Origin: Patescibacteria group bacterium
Lineage (GTDB): Bacteria; Patescibacteriota; Patescibacteriia; JAHJFT01
Direction of reading: 5' to 3'
Assembly: GCA_028710985.1 (NCBI GenBank)
Contig: JAQTTB010000001.1
Coordinates: forward strand, 655,073 to 719,072
DNA: 64,000 nucleotides
The notes under the pieces are model-generated. The model worked only from the letters and a program-made list of their open reading frames with translations, was not told the DNA's origin and made no database searches. Every line of letters begins with the position of its first letter. Within the stretch, counting starts at the first letter, position 1. Of this stretch, positions 54,026-63,553 are shown piece after piece. The translations under genes were made by a program, and so were the position numbers.

Positions 54026-55480
54026 CGTCCGATCGCGTTCCAGATAGCACGACATGAGGAGAAGGTAGCCGATTCCCAGCGGATGGTTGAGATACGGCGT
54101 AAAAAAATTCGTAATAAATAAAACAACAAGCCCGATCGTAAGGGCCAGCGGCATGACATTGTCGCTGTTTTTTAAATATGCTACGATTCCGGTTTTTCCC
54201 AACCGTACCATTAGCCAGAGATAGGCCGCGATTCCGAGTATGCCGATTTTATACCAGATGTCCAAAAGCCCCCACTCCATGGCTGAAGTGGTATATTCGC
54301 CGGTCGGATATTCGGCGCGAACGCGCGGGTCGTTTGAAATATAGGTAACCTGGGCGCCAAAACCCTGTCCCAGAAAAGGTTCGTTGATTATCCCCTGCCA
54401 CAATACGGGCAGGAGATTCCAACGGCTGGAAGCCGCGGCTTCGGCTCCGATATCCGCTCGTTCAAGAAGCATCGTGCCAAGTGAGCCGGCCCCCGGCGTG
54501 GGAATCGGAAATTTAACCACGGCGGCGATTAGCATGAATCCAATGCAAAGTGCGAGTAGCCCGAGCGTGGCGCGGCCGATAATCCGTAAAAAAGATATTT
54601 TCCTAATCAGGGCGAAAATAAAAATGATTGGCAGAGAAACCGCGGCGCCAAGCCAAAAGCTGCGCGACAAACTAATTAAAACAACCGCCGCGCCGACCGA
54701 CATGAATATAATCAGCAGTTTTTTTTCCAGTGGATTGAGCTTGTCGCGGTGAAGAATAAGAATCGCGACAAGTATGGAGAGCCCAATCAATGGATAAATT
54801 TGTGATTGGAAAAATACGCGAAAAATATTTGACATCATGAGCGTAATTTCACCAACGCCGGTGTTGCGGATCCAGTGGTAAAGAGGCCAGACGGCCCACT
54901 CAATGTTGTGTGAGAAGAAGTAAAGAACCAGCATTGTTTTTGCGGAAAGCCAGATATAAGAGGCGGCCGCCGCGGTCCAGAGACGGTTCCAGGTATAATC
55001 ACCGCTAAGGAATTCATACCAGATCGGCAGATATAAGAAGAAAATATAGGCGTTAAAATCAAAAAATATATTTGATAATCCGTTTTTTCGAAGCAGGGCA
55101 TTAATAAGGCCGACGATTAGAAATGCAAAAAATATAAGATAAGGAACAAGAAACTTAGAGTGGAGAAACTTGATCCGGCGGGTCATGATAACACCGGTAA
55201 GCCATAGTGCGGCCATTATGCCAAAAATCACCATGCGGCCGGAAATCATGTAACCATTTATATCCATGTGAAAAAGATATCCCATGCCGCCGATAAAAAG
55301 TTCAATCGCGGATATTACCGCCGCGGTGCGCGGGTTGACCACGCCGACGCATGAAAATAGAACCGCAAGGGCAATAAAGCCCGCGATATTGAGATAATTT
55401 GGCGAATAATACAGAGCAAAAGAAACAATTTCAAAAGTTGCGATGTAGAGAATTACTGTCCAGAAAGTTTTTTTGTCCAT
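54017..55480 (-). CDS. O-antigen ligase/polymerase-like (Wzy/WaaL family) polytopic membrane protein
   Basis: About 12 transmembrane helices with a large periplasmic loop. The start was trimmed to MDKKTFWTVILY (ATG at 55480), abutting the upstream GT2 stop. Confidence 0.55.
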   Translation of the reverse strand: MDKKTFWTVILYIATFEIVSFALYYSPNYLNIAGFIALAVLFSCVGVVNPRTAAVISAIELFIGGMGYLFHMDINGYMISGRMVIFGIMAALWLTGVIMTRRIKFLHSKFLVPYLIFFAFLIVGLINALLRKNGLSNIFFDFNAYIFFLYLPIWYEFLSGDYTWNRLWTAAAASYIWLSAKTMLVLYFFSHNIEWAVWPLYHWIRNTGVGEITLMMSNIFRVFFQSQIYPLIGLSILVAILILHRDKLNPLEKKLLIIFMSVGAAVVLISLSRSFWLGAAVSLPIIFIFALIRKISFLRIIGRATLGLLALCIGFMLIAAVVKFPIPTPGAGSLGTMLLERADIGAEAAASSRWNLLPVLWQGIINEPFLGQGFGAQVTYISNDPRVRAEYPTGEYTTSAMEWGLLDIWYKIGILGIAAYLWLMVRLGKTGIVAYLKNSDNVMPLALTIGLVVLFITNFFTPYLNHPLGIGYLLLMSCYLERDRTSG

Positions 55481-55481
55481 A

Positions 55482-56351
55482 TTAAATTTTTGATTGGGTT
55501 CTTGGTTTGACGTGTAAAAAATTTGCGATATAAGCAAGCGCCATGCTTTTGGGTGAAAGAAGGGCAAGCAGTAGGTAGTCATAAATCGGATGATATAAAC
55601 GAAAATAAATAAGCATTCCCCGGATAAACTTTTTTTGCTTTGCCGGACTCGCGACTTGGGCAAAGCTCCTTCCCTCGTGGTGGACCACGCGGGTGGATGG
55701 AGTATAAAATATTTTCTTTCCGGCCAGGGCGGCTCGTTTGCACAAATCCACATCCTCCCACCAAAGTGGAAATTTTTCATTCCAGCTTCCAAATTGCCGG
55801 AATTCTCTCGATCGGCTGTAAACAAATGCGCCCATGATGTTTTCAACCGGCTGTTCAACGGAATAATCAAAATCTTTGGCAAGATAATTTTTGATTGCCG
55901 GCAGCCATGAGAACAGGTGATGCAATTTTAGCATTATTAAAGCCTGTGACCAAAAATCAGGTAGGCGTTTAATGTTGTTTTGGCGCGTTCCATCGCCATA
56001 TGTAAGTGTCGTAGTGGCGATGAATACATCAGGGTGGGAATCTATGAAAGCACGCATTTTGATAAGCGTATTTTCCGTAAATTCCATGTCAGGATTCATA
56101 AAAAGCACATGATCGCCCGCGGCTTTAGCCAGGCCCATGTTATTGGCTCTGGAGAAACCGGCATTAAAATCATTTGTAATGATTTTGACATTCGGGAATT
56201 CGGAACGGACCATTTCGGCCGTACCGTCGTGAGAATTGTTGTCAACAACGATAATTTCATATTCAACGTCCTGTGAATACGAAACTATGCTCGCGAGGCA
56301 CGCCTTGAGCAAATTTTTTACGTTCCAACTGACAATAATTACGGAAGTCAT
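55482..56351 (-). CDS. Family 2 glycosyltransferase
   Basis: VIIVSWN ... VVDNNSHD ... DxD-type GT-A motifs. Confidence 0.75.
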   Translation of the reverse strand: MTSVIIVSWNVKNLLKACLASIVSYSQDVEYEIIVVDNNSHDGTAEMVRSEFPNVKIITNDFNAGFSRANNMGLAKAAGDHVLFMNPDMEFTENTLIKMRAFIDSHPDVFIATTTLTYGDGTRQNNIKRLPDFWSQALIMLKLHHLFSWLPAIKNYLAKDFDYSVEQPVENIMGAFVYSRSREFRQFGSWNEKFPLWWEDVDLCKRAALAGKKIFYTPSTRVVHHEGRSFAQVASPAKQKKFIRGMLIYFRLYHPIYDYLLLALLSPKSMALAYIANFLHVKPRTQSKI

Positions 56352-57046
56352 GGCAGTTTATGTTTCTGTTTGATAATTTTTTCGGCAGCGCGGTATTTCT
56401 GCACCGAAGGAAGAAAACCAAAAAATTTCCAATACGCAAAGGACGGAAGCCATTCGCTCATATTGTGGCGATGGCGCGGCTTTATGGTAAATAAGACTTC
56501 GTCAATCCACCATCCCCTGTTTTTATTTTTAAGCATGGTAAGCCACAAATCCCAGTCCTGAAAGCGCGTGATATTCTCGTCAAAGCGCGGAAAATCAAAA
56601 CGTCGGATAAGCGAGGTGGTATGTATAAAATTCATGGCGCCAAGCCTTTTGTCGTTGAACGGAAAAAGTTTAAACAATTTAAAACCAAACCTGAATGAAC
56701 TATAGGCATAAGAATATTCCGGCCGATCTTTTAACGATTGCAACATGGCGTCAAGCATGTCAGGAGACATTTGGACGTCGGCATCGCAAAATATTACATA
56801 ATCTCCGGAGGATGCGTCAAATCCGCGGTTTCTCGCAGCATTGGCGCCGCGGTTTTCCTGGTTAATTAGTTTAATTTTGTTAAGATGCGGTGCAATCGCG
56901 GCGTCAAACGCGTCGGTAGAGCCGTCGTTGACGACGATAATTTCATAATCTGAAAAAGTCTGGCGATAAATCGAATCCAGGCAAGGCCCGATCTCCTCGC
57001 GATGATTAAATACAGGTATAATTATACTGATTACAGGTTTATCCAT
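56348..57046 (-). CDS. Family 2 glycosyltransferase
   Basis: ISIIIPVFN ... VVNDGSTD GT-A motifs. Confidence 0.75.
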   Translation of the reverse strand: MDKPVISIIIPVFNHREEIGPCLDSIYRQTFSDYEIIVVNDGSTDAFDAAIAPHLNKIKLINQENRGANAARNRGFDASSGDYVIFCDADVQMSPDMLDAMLQSLKDRPEYSYAYSSFRFGFKLFKLFPFNDKRLGAMNFIHTTSLIRRFDFPRFDENITRFQDWDLWLTMLKNKNRGWWIDEVLFTIKPRHRHNMSEWLPSFAYWKFFGFLPSVQKYRAAEKIIKQKHKLP

Positions 57047-58178
57047 ATGTATGGCCGCTCAGGAAAAGTCGTAATTTTTCGGTTTCTTTACGCCATTGAA
57101 AATCATTTTCGGCACGAACGCGGCCATTTTCACCGAGTGTTTTGGCCCATTCGCGGTCGGTCATTAAATCATTTATGGCCTGATAAATATCATTCGTATC
57201 GTTCGGATTCACCAGTAAACCGGTTTGCCGGTCAATCACCGCTTCTGGTACGCCGCCGCTCCTTCCGCCAACCACGGGCAAACCAAAAAGATTTGCCTCA
57301 AGATAGACCATGCCAAAGCCTTCCACGTCCGGTCCAATTTGGCGCGAAGGCAGGGCAAATACTTCGGCAATCGAATAAAACTTGCTCATGTCCTGGTCGC
57401 TTACACTGCCGGCGAATCGTACGAGATTATGAATTTTTAAATCATCAACAATTTTGGCGAGCCGGTTGATATCCGGGCCGTCGCCCACGATTACGTAGAT
57501 GATATCCTTAAATTTTTCGTAGAGGCGGGGCAGGCATTCCAGCACCTTATCAATCCCCTTTCGTTCAACTAAACGAGCCACGGAAAGTAGCACGCGCTTT
57601 TCGGAAAGACCATATTTTGCAACCACGTCGTAGGTTTCAATAGTTTCGCGGTTCGGTACAAATGCTGGGCAGGGATAAACAACCAAAACCTTGCTGTCGG
57701 GTACGCCGAGTCCACTGATTAAGCCGCGAGTGTACTCGCTATTTACCACGATTCCGGAAGCTTTATTCAGAATTTTTATCAAGCGCTGCTTTTTTTGGGG
57801 CGTCGCCTGAGCCTTGAGTATATCCAATCCATGGCAGAACACGGCATAGCGTAATTTAAGTGTTTGGTTCAGTCGATATGCGATATAGCCAACCGGCAGC
57901 ACGTGCGAAATATGCAACATCGTAATCTTGTGTTTTTTTACCAATGTTTTGACGCGAAAATAGAGCATCAGCCAGTGAGGCCAGATATAAGATGTCAGAA
58001 GATTGCCGCGCATGATTTTATACGCGCAGGTCGCGTCATATTCCTGTGAACCTTTTGTCTTCGGAGCGAGCACAAAAACCTTGTCGCTCGGCAGCCGCGA
58101 ATACAAATTCGCCAGATAGTTCGCAATTCCGCCTTTTTGCGGCGGAAACTCAAGAGTTATCAGCAGGCTCTTATCCAT
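57039..58178 (-). CDS. Family 4 (GT-B, group 1) glycosyltransferase
   Basis: C-terminal EGFGMVYLEANLFGLPVVG motif typical of GT4. Confidence 0.75.
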   Translation of the reverse strand: MDKSLLITLEFPPQKGGIANYLANLYSRLPSDKVFVLAPKTKGSQEYDATCAYKIMRGNLLTSYIWPHWLMLYFRVKTLVKKHKITMLHISHVLPVGYIAYRLNQTLKLRYAVFCHGLDILKAQATPQKKQRLIKILNKASGIVVNSEYTRGLISGLGVPDSKVLVVYPCPAFVPNRETIETYDVVAKYGLSEKRVLLSVARLVERKGIDKVLECLPRLYEKFKDIIYVIVGDGPDINRLAKIVDDLKIHNLVRFAGSVSDQDMSKFYSIAEVFALPSRQIGPDVEGFGMVYLEANLFGLPVVGGRSGGVPEAVIDRQTGLLVNPNDTNDIYQAINDLMTDREWAKTLGENGRVRAENDFQWRKETEKLRLFLSGHTYG

Positions 58179-58180
58179 GG

Positions 58181-59632
58181 TTAGGGATTATTTTTATTAA
58201 ATAATAGGCCGGTAATCTCCTTAACATCATTCTTGTCCCACCCCCGAACGATGTAGAGCACTAAGAAATAGACAATCGCACCAAGTGGAACGAGCAGAAT
58301 AAAGTGTAACTGTTCCTTGAGAGCGAGAATGACGATGGCCATAACGAGGCCGCTCAGAAATGTCTTGATAAAACATGAGAATATGGGACGCAGGCTAAAG
58401 CCGATATATTTTTTACCATAATAAATTCCGGCGACGGCCATGAACGTGAAGCTAATCAAGCCGGAAATTGCCGCGCCAACTGCAAAAAATCGTGGGACTA
58501 AAATTGCATTAAGAGCAACGTTGATGACCATCGTCGCGATCATGATTGCGGTTTTGGTTGTTTGGCGGTCGCATGCATTGAGTAGGGATCCGACCGGAAA
58601 ATCGACGAAGATGGCAAAGAGTACAAATATCAAAATTTGAAGCGGAAGGATTGAGTTAAAAAAATCCGGACCATAGAAAGCAATTACGATTTTATCCGCC
58701 AGCGCCCAGACGCCGAAACAAATTGGGATTGAAATGGCGCTCATGTATCTGACCGATTGCGTGAAAGTGTGAATAAGCTTTTCGCGGTTGAATTTCCAAT
58801 GCTCGGATAATACTGGATAGAGGCCGGCAACGAAAGCCATGGGAATAAACTGGAAAGCATAAGTTAGTTTGTAGGCGATGCTGTACCACCCCACATAAGC
58901 GTCGCCGGCAAGAAGTGAGAGTAATATAGAATCGATGTAGGAGTAAATTTTCACTGATACGCCGGCGATTGCAAACGGCAGGGCAATTTTAAAAGTCTTT
59001 CTCAAGAATGTAAAATCCAATTCCCACCGTGGCAAAATACCAGCGCGTTTTTTGAGCAGAAAGAGTACATAGATAATATGGAACAAACTTCCGGCAAGCA
59101 GGGCTAATATCAATATCGGCAGGGAGCGGTGAATTAGCAGAGAGGCGGTACCCAGTCCGACGATAATAATTTCGCAGATAAAAATTCCCAGGGCTTCGTA
59201 ACTCAGGATTTTTAAACCTCGGAAAATGCCATAAAACGTCATGTGAAATGAGTCGGCGACCATCACCAGGAGCGCGAGATAGACAAGCAGGGTGGTGAGG
59301 CTGTCGTATCCCATTATATTGATTACCACGGCGGCGACAATCGCGGTTGCCGCGGCCATAAAGAGCTTGATGCTGAAAATATTGTTGAGATATTTCGGTA
59401 TCAAACTGTGATCGCGGGCCGTTTCCCGGATAAGCACCGAATTAAGCCCAAAATCAACAAAAATGGAAAATATCGTGGTAAATGAGAGGGCGAGAAAATA
59501 TTTTCCCGTCCATTCCACGCCGACCATTCGCGCAATTAGGGCAAAATAGATGAATGCAAGTACTTTCTGCCCGATTGCCGCAAGGGTCAAATAGAATGTA
59601 TTTTTAGCAAGATTCGCCGCCATAATTACCAC
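58181..59632 (-). CDS. Wzx-type oligosaccharide flippase (MOP superfamily)
   Basis: 483 aa with about 12-14 transmembrane helices and a polysaccharide biosynthesis protein pattern. Confidence 0.7.
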   Translation of the reverse strand: MVIMAANLAKNTFYLTLAAIGQKVLAFIYFALIARMVGVEWTGKYFLALSFTTIFSIFVDFGLNSVLIRETARDHSLIPKYLNNIFSIKLFMAAATAIVAAVVINIMGYDSLTTLLVYLALLVMVADSFHMTFYGIFRGLKILSYEALGIFICEIIIVGLGTASLLIHRSLPILILALLAGSLFHIIYVLFLLKKRAGILPRWELDFTFLRKTFKIALPFAIAGVSVKIYSYIDSILLSLLAGDAYVGWYSIAYKLTYAFQFIPMAFVAGLYPVLSEHWKFNREKLIHTFTQSVRYMSAISIPICFGVWALADKIVIAFYGPDFFNSILPLQILIFVLFAIFVDFPVGSLLNACDRQTTKTAIMIATMVINVALNAILVPRFFAVGAAISGLISFTFMAVAGIYYGKKYIGFSLRPIFSCFIKTFLSGLVMAIVILALKEQLHFILLVPLGAIVYFLVLYIVRGWDKNDVKEITGLLFNKNNP

Positions 59633-59716
59633 TATTTTACACTAAATTTATAATAAATCCAAGCTTTCTAAATCAAAACCCCCGGCAACGCGGCCAGGGG
59701 TTTATGTTAATCAATT

Positions 59717-60253
59717 TTAGCGTTTGGACCATTGCGGGGCACGTCTGGCACGTTTGAGGCCAGGTTTCTTTCGTTCCTTAACGCGTGAATCACGCGTGAG
59801 AAATCCCGGTTTCTTAAGACTGGATTTTAATTCAGGATTAAGTGCAATAATTGATCGGGCGATGCCGAGTCTCACCGCTTCGGATTGGCCATGTTTGCCC
59901 CCGCCAGAAACCTTTGCGGTAATATCCACGCTCCCCTCAAGTCCGACAGTCTTTAGCGGATCATTGACGCAGATTTGCTGTGAAGCGACCGTGAAGTATT
60001 CAATCAAGGGTTTATCATTGATCGTGATGCTCCCCTTTCCCGGCTGGTAGAGTCGAACTTGCGCGATGGCGCATTTGCGTCGTCCGATAGCACGAATGTA
60101 TTTGCCGGATTTAGTGGCAGCAGCTTTTGACTCAGCCGGTTTTTCAATCTTTACATCTTCCTTTTTTAAAATTACCGGATGTTTTTTGACAGTTTTCCTT
60201 GGAGATTTAGCAGTGGTTTTAGTTGTTTTCTTTGTAGCTTTCTTCACTGGCAT
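59717..60253 (-). CDS. rpsI: 30S ribosomal protein S9 with a Lys-rich N-terminal extension
   Basis: C-terminal GGGKHGQSEAVRLGIARS ... LTRDSRVKERKK ... KRARRAPQWSKR. The N-terminal ~60 aa are lysine-rich. Confidence 0.9.
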   Translation of the reverse strand: MPVKKATKKTTKTTAKSPRKTVKKHPVILKKEDVKIEKPAESKAAATKSGKYIRAIGRRKCAIAQVRLYQPGKGSITINDKPLIEYFTVASQQICVNDPLKTVGLEGSVDITAKVSGGGKHGQSEAVRLGIARSIIALNPELKSSLKKPGFLTRDSRVKERKKPGLKRARRAPQWSKR

Positions 60254-60255
60254 AA

Positions 60256-60627
60256 TTATTTTGCTTTACCAAAAGTTATTCTTCGCAATCGAACGGTGCG
60301 GTAGCTGTTTTTCGGCAGCATTCGGGTAATTGTATTTTTAATAATTTTCTCAAATTGTCCGGTCGAAACAAGCGTTTTAAGAGGCATGGATTTCAAACCA
60401 CCCGGATAGAAAGTGTGATGCAGATATTGCTTTTGTTCTATTTTGTTGCCGGTAAATTTTAGCTTTTCGGCATTTACGATATGAACAAAGTCGCCGGCAT
60501 CAATATGAGGCGCATAATCCGGTTTGTGTTTGCCCTGCAGCAAAAAAGCCGCTTTGGAAGCAAGGCGTCCAACCGACTGGTCGGCGGCATCAAGTTTAAT
60601 TGTATTGCGGATAATTCTCTTCGCCAT
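60256..60627 (-). CDS. rplM: 50S ribosomal protein L13
   Basis: L13 pattern (LGRLAS ... HIDAGDFVHIVNAEKL ...), 123 aa, upstream of rpsI. Confidence 0.9.
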   Translation of the reverse strand: MAKRIIRNTIKLDAADQSVGRLASKAAFLLQGKHKPDYAPHIDAGDFVHIVNAEKLKFTGNKIEQKQYLHHTFYPGGLKSMPLKTLVSTGQFEKIIKNTITRMLPKNSYRTVRLRRITFGKAK

Positions 60628-60635
60628 ATTTATTA

Positions 60636-60760
60636 GTGGCCCCGATGACTATCGGGGCAATTATGTTTGATAAGGTCGGCGGAGCCGACACTTTTTCTAA
60701 AAAACCCGCCCTGATACCACGCGGCAAAGCCGCGGGGTCGGGTTTATTTAATCAGCTCAA
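60636..60760 (-). repeat. Copy 2 of the ~120-bp composite element, lying between rplQ and rplM
   Basis: Reverse complement of 49786-49905 with a few mismatches. Read on the minus strand it sits in the same position relative to the rplM start as copy 1 does to the 49908 gene. Confidence 0.7.
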
Positions 60761-61097
60761 TTTGCACAATTTCCGCGGAATCGCCTTTGCGGAATCCGAG
60801 TTTAGTCATTCGGGTATAACCGCCGTTTCTATCCTTGTAGCGGACAGCAAGGTCTTCAAAGATTTTTTTCACCGGGTTTTCGATATAGAAAAATTTGTGG
60901 GCCTGGCGCCGGGATGCGAGCGTACCATGTTTGCCGAGAGTGATCATCTTGTCAACCAGCGGCTTGATAACGCGCGCTTTGGCCTTGGTTGTCTTTACCT
61001 TTTCGTAAAGAATGAGACTCGAAACCAGATTTCTAAGCAGGGCTTCTCGCGGAGCTTTTTTTCTGTCCAGGGTTTTATTTTTAACTCGGTGCCTCAT
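60744..61097 (-). CDS. rplQ: 50S ribosomal protein L17
   Basis: MRHRVKNKTLDRKKAPREALLRNLVSSLILYEKVKTT, the L17 pattern. Confidence 0.9.
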   Translation of the reverse strand: MRHRVKNKTLDRKKAPREALLRNLVSSLILYEKVKTTKAKARVIKPLVDKMITLGKHGTLASRRQAHKFFYIENPVKKIFEDLAVRYKDRNGGYTRMTKLGFRKGDSAEIVQIELIK

Positions 61098-61100
61098 AAA

Positions 61101-61931
61101 TTATTTCTTTTTTGCAGTTTTCTTCGCAACTTTCTTTTTTGTAGATTTTTTTTCTTCTTTTTCCTCGGTCGTTACGGCTTCGGGTTCGGTAATTTCAGAT
61201 GGCTTTTCTTGCTCCAGAATAACCTGCTCGTGCGCTGGCGGTATGCCGCGCGTTTGAAGTACGGTGAAGTAGTCGAGCAAGATCGCAACGCTCTGATTGA
61301 CTGCCTCTTCCGGCGTGATGGTTCCGTCAGTTTCGATATTCATCACCAGCTTATCATAGTCGGTGATTTCACCGACGCGGGTATTTTCAACCTTAAATCC
61401 GACATTGAGAACCGGGCTGTATAGTGCGTCCATGGCAATATGACCGACCTCAAGGTTAGATTTATCGCGTTCCTCGATTGGCAGATAGCCGCGTCCGCGA
61501 TTAGCCATTATCTCCATTTCGAGAGCGGAATCCTTATCGGTTAATTCCGCAATATATAAATCATCATTGATAATTTCAATATCCGAGTTTTTTTCAATAT
61601 CCTTGGCTTTAACTACGCCGGCGCCCTTGGCCTTAATGACGAGCCTCACTGGCTCATCGGTAAATACTTTGAGCCGGAGCTGCTTCAGATTGAGAATAAT
61701 GCCCAATGCGTCCTCTTTGACGCCTTTAATTGGGCTAAATTCGTGTTGTACGCCCTTAATTTTAACGGCGTAACATGCAGCGCCGGGCAGGGATGATAGA
61801 AGGACCCTCCTTAATGCATTGCCCACGGTTGTACCATAACCCTGGAAGCAAGGTTCGACGGTCAAAACCGCGTCGTTCTTGCCGGTTCCCGGAGCTATGA
61901 TTATTTTATTTGGCAATAAAATCTCCTTCAT
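61101..61931 (-). CDS. rpoA: DNA-directed RNA polymerase alpha subunit (N-terminal domain; no recognisable alpha-CTD)
   Basis: Alpha-NTD pattern (IAPGTGKNDAVLTVEP ... GYGTTVGNALRRVLLSS). 276 aa ending in an EKKEKKSTKKKVAKKTAKKK tail. Confidence 0.85.
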   Translation of the reverse strand: MKEILLPNKIIIAPGTGKNDAVLTVEPCFQGYGTTVGNALRRVLLSSLPGAACYAVKIKGVQHEFSPIKGVKEDALGIILNLKQLRLKVFTDEPVRLVIKAKGAGVVKAKDIEKNSDIEIINDDLYIAELTDKDSALEMEIMANRGRGYLPIEERDKSNLEVGHIAMDALYSPVLNVGFKVENTRVGEITDYDKLVMNIETDGTITPEEAVNQSVAILLDYFTVLQTRGIPPAHEQVILEQEKPSEITEPEAVTTEEKEEKKSTKKKVAKKTAKKK

Positions 61932-61946
61932 AATAAAATTTAATAT

Positions 61947-62576
61947 TTAGCGGGAATAAAACTCAATGATAAATTTTGGATCAAACGGTTGCTTCAGTTC
62001 CTCGCCCTCGGGGTATGAAAGCATCTTGCCTTCAAGTTTTTCGACATCGATGAAGAGCCAGCTCGGCGTTTCGTGTTTCTTTAGCTGATCATGAAGATTC
62101 TCAAAGATTTTCTTGGAGGCCTTGGAGGGGTCAATCGTAATAACGTCATTGGGTTTGAGGGCGACGGAGGGTATATCATTCTTATGCCCGTTGATATTAA
62201 ACATGCCGTGATTAACCATCTGACGGGCCATGGCTCGCGATTTTGCAAGACCGAGTCGGAAAACCACGTTGTCAAAACGAGTTTCGAGCAGGCGTACCAT
62301 AATTTCGCTTGAATTACCCTTGATTCTCCGCGCATTTTCGTAATATTTTCTAAACTGGGCTTCAAGAAGGCCGTAGAGACGCTTGGCCTTTTGTTTTTCT
62401 CGCAACTGTAGGCCGTAACCCGACATGCGTCCGGTGCCCTTGGCGCCGTGTGCTCCGGGCGGAAAATTGCGTTTGAGAATCGCGCATTTTGCCGTACCGC
62501 AACGCTCACCCTTGAGGAAGAGTTTTTCACCCTGGCGGCGGCACATTCTGCATTTTGAACCGGTTGTTGTTGCCAT
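61947..62576 (-). CDS. rpsD: 30S ribosomal protein S4
   Basis: N-terminal zinc-ribbon-like CRMCRRQGEKLFLKGERC and an S4 domain (RLDNVVFRLGLA). Confidence 0.9.
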   Translation of the reverse strand: MATTTGSKCRMCRRQGEKLFLKGERCGTAKCAILKRNFPPGAHGAKGTGRMSGYGLQLREKQKAKRLYGLLEAQFRKYYENARRIKGNSSEIMVRLLETRFDNVVFRLGLAKSRAMARQMVNHGMFNINGHKNDIPSVALKPNDVITIDPSKASKKIFENLHDQLKKHETPSWLFIDVEKLEGKMLSYPEGEELKQPFDPKFIIEFYSR

Positions 62577-62581
62577 ATTGA

Positions 62582-62989
62582 TTAGACCTTTCTCGCTCTC
62601 GGCTTTCGGCAGCCGTTGTGAGGAATTGGGGTAATATCTTTAATTGATAATACATTCAGACCGTTTGCGTTCAGCGATCGGATGGCGGATTCGCGGCCGG
62701 CGCCGACTCCCTGGACGTAAACGTTCACTTCCTTGAGTCCGTATGGCGCGACTTTATCGCATACATTCTTACCGATGATCGTTGCGGCAAACGGTGTCGC
62801 CTTTTTTGGTCCCTTGAATCCGCAAAGTCCGGCGCTTGACCACGCGAGCACATTGCCGTTCAGATCGGTAAGGGTAATGAGCGTATTGTTGTATGTTGCC
62901 TGAACGTAACCGCGTCCATGGCTGATTTGGCGGATGATTTTTTTCTTTTTTCGAGGCTTAGCCTCTGTTTTTTCTTTTTTTTCTTCCAT
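62582..62989 (-). CDS. rpsK: 30S ribosomal protein S11
   Basis: S11 pattern (GRGYVQATYNNTLITLTD ... FKGPKKATPFAA). Confidence 0.9.
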   Translation of the reverse strand: MEEKKEKTEAKPRKKKKIIRQISHGRGYVQATYNNTLITLTDLNGNVLAWSSAGLCGFKGPKKATPFAATIIGKNVCDKVAPYGLKEVNVYVQGVGAGRESAIRSLNANGLNVLSIKDITPIPHNGCRKPRARKV

Positions 62990-62995
62990 ATTTTT

Positions 62996-63385
62996 TTATG
63001 TCTTCAGACCGCTTGGTTTCCTGCCGCTGCCCATGGTCTTGCGCGGACCCTTCCTGGTCCGGGCATTGGTCTTTGTTCTCTGGCCGCGAACCGGAAGATT
63101 CTTAGCATGTCTTGAACCGCGGTAGCAGCCGATATCCTTAAGGCGCTTGATGCCCGATTGTATGTCGCGTTTTAATTCGCCCTCAATCACCAGCTCTTTT
63201 TCAATAATGGTGCGGATTTTTGAAATCTCATCTTCCGTTAATTCAGATGTTTTCTTATCGGGATTAATTCCGGTTTTTTTTAAAACGCGGCCCGATGTTG
63301 AACGGCCGACGCCGTAAATCGAAGTCAGCGCGATCTCAATCCTTTTATTTAACGGTAAGTTGATGTTTGCAATTCTGACTGCCAT
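62996..63385 (-). CDS. rpsM: 30S ribosomal protein S13
   Basis: [11 protein letters not shown] ... [11 protein letters not shown], the S13 pattern. Confidence 0.9.
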   Translation of the reverse strand: MAVRIANINLPLNKRIEIALTSIYGVGRSTSGRVLKKTGINPDKKTSELTEDEISKIRTIIEKELVIEGELKRDIQSGIKRLKDIGCYRGSRHAKNLPVRGQRTKTNARTRKGPRKTMGSGRKPSGLKT

Positions 63386-63389
63386 AAAT

Positions 63390-63503
63390 TTATCCCTGTC
63401 TCTGTTTATGTTTAGGATTTTTGCAGATAACGTGAATACGCCTGTTGCGTCTCACAATTTTGCAATCGCGGCATATTTTTTTTACAGAGGCTCTGACCTT
63501 CAT
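63390..63503 (-). CDS. rpmJ: 50S ribosomal protein L36
   Basis: Manual translation of the minus strand gives [37 protein letters not shown] (37 aa, C-x2-C ... C ... H zinc ribbon). This is below the ORF-track cutoff. Confidence 0.85.
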   Translation of the reverse strand: MKVRASVKKICRDCKIVRRNRRIHVICKNPKHKQRQG

Positions 63504-63553
63504 ACTCACAAAAATAATTAAACAGCCGGATAAAGCTGGTTTGTTTACTCTAT

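Noticed and set aside
54017-55882. Long 621-aa form of the Wzy-like ORF
   Set aside because: The first 134 aa overlap the upstream GT2 gene and are not membrane-like. The start was trimmed to the ATG at 55480, which abuts the GT2 stop.
60636-61424. 262-aa plus-strand ORF antisense to rplQ and rpoA
   Set aside because: It is antisense to well-supported ribosomal protein and RpoA genes, and its N-terminus is encoded by the repeat element.
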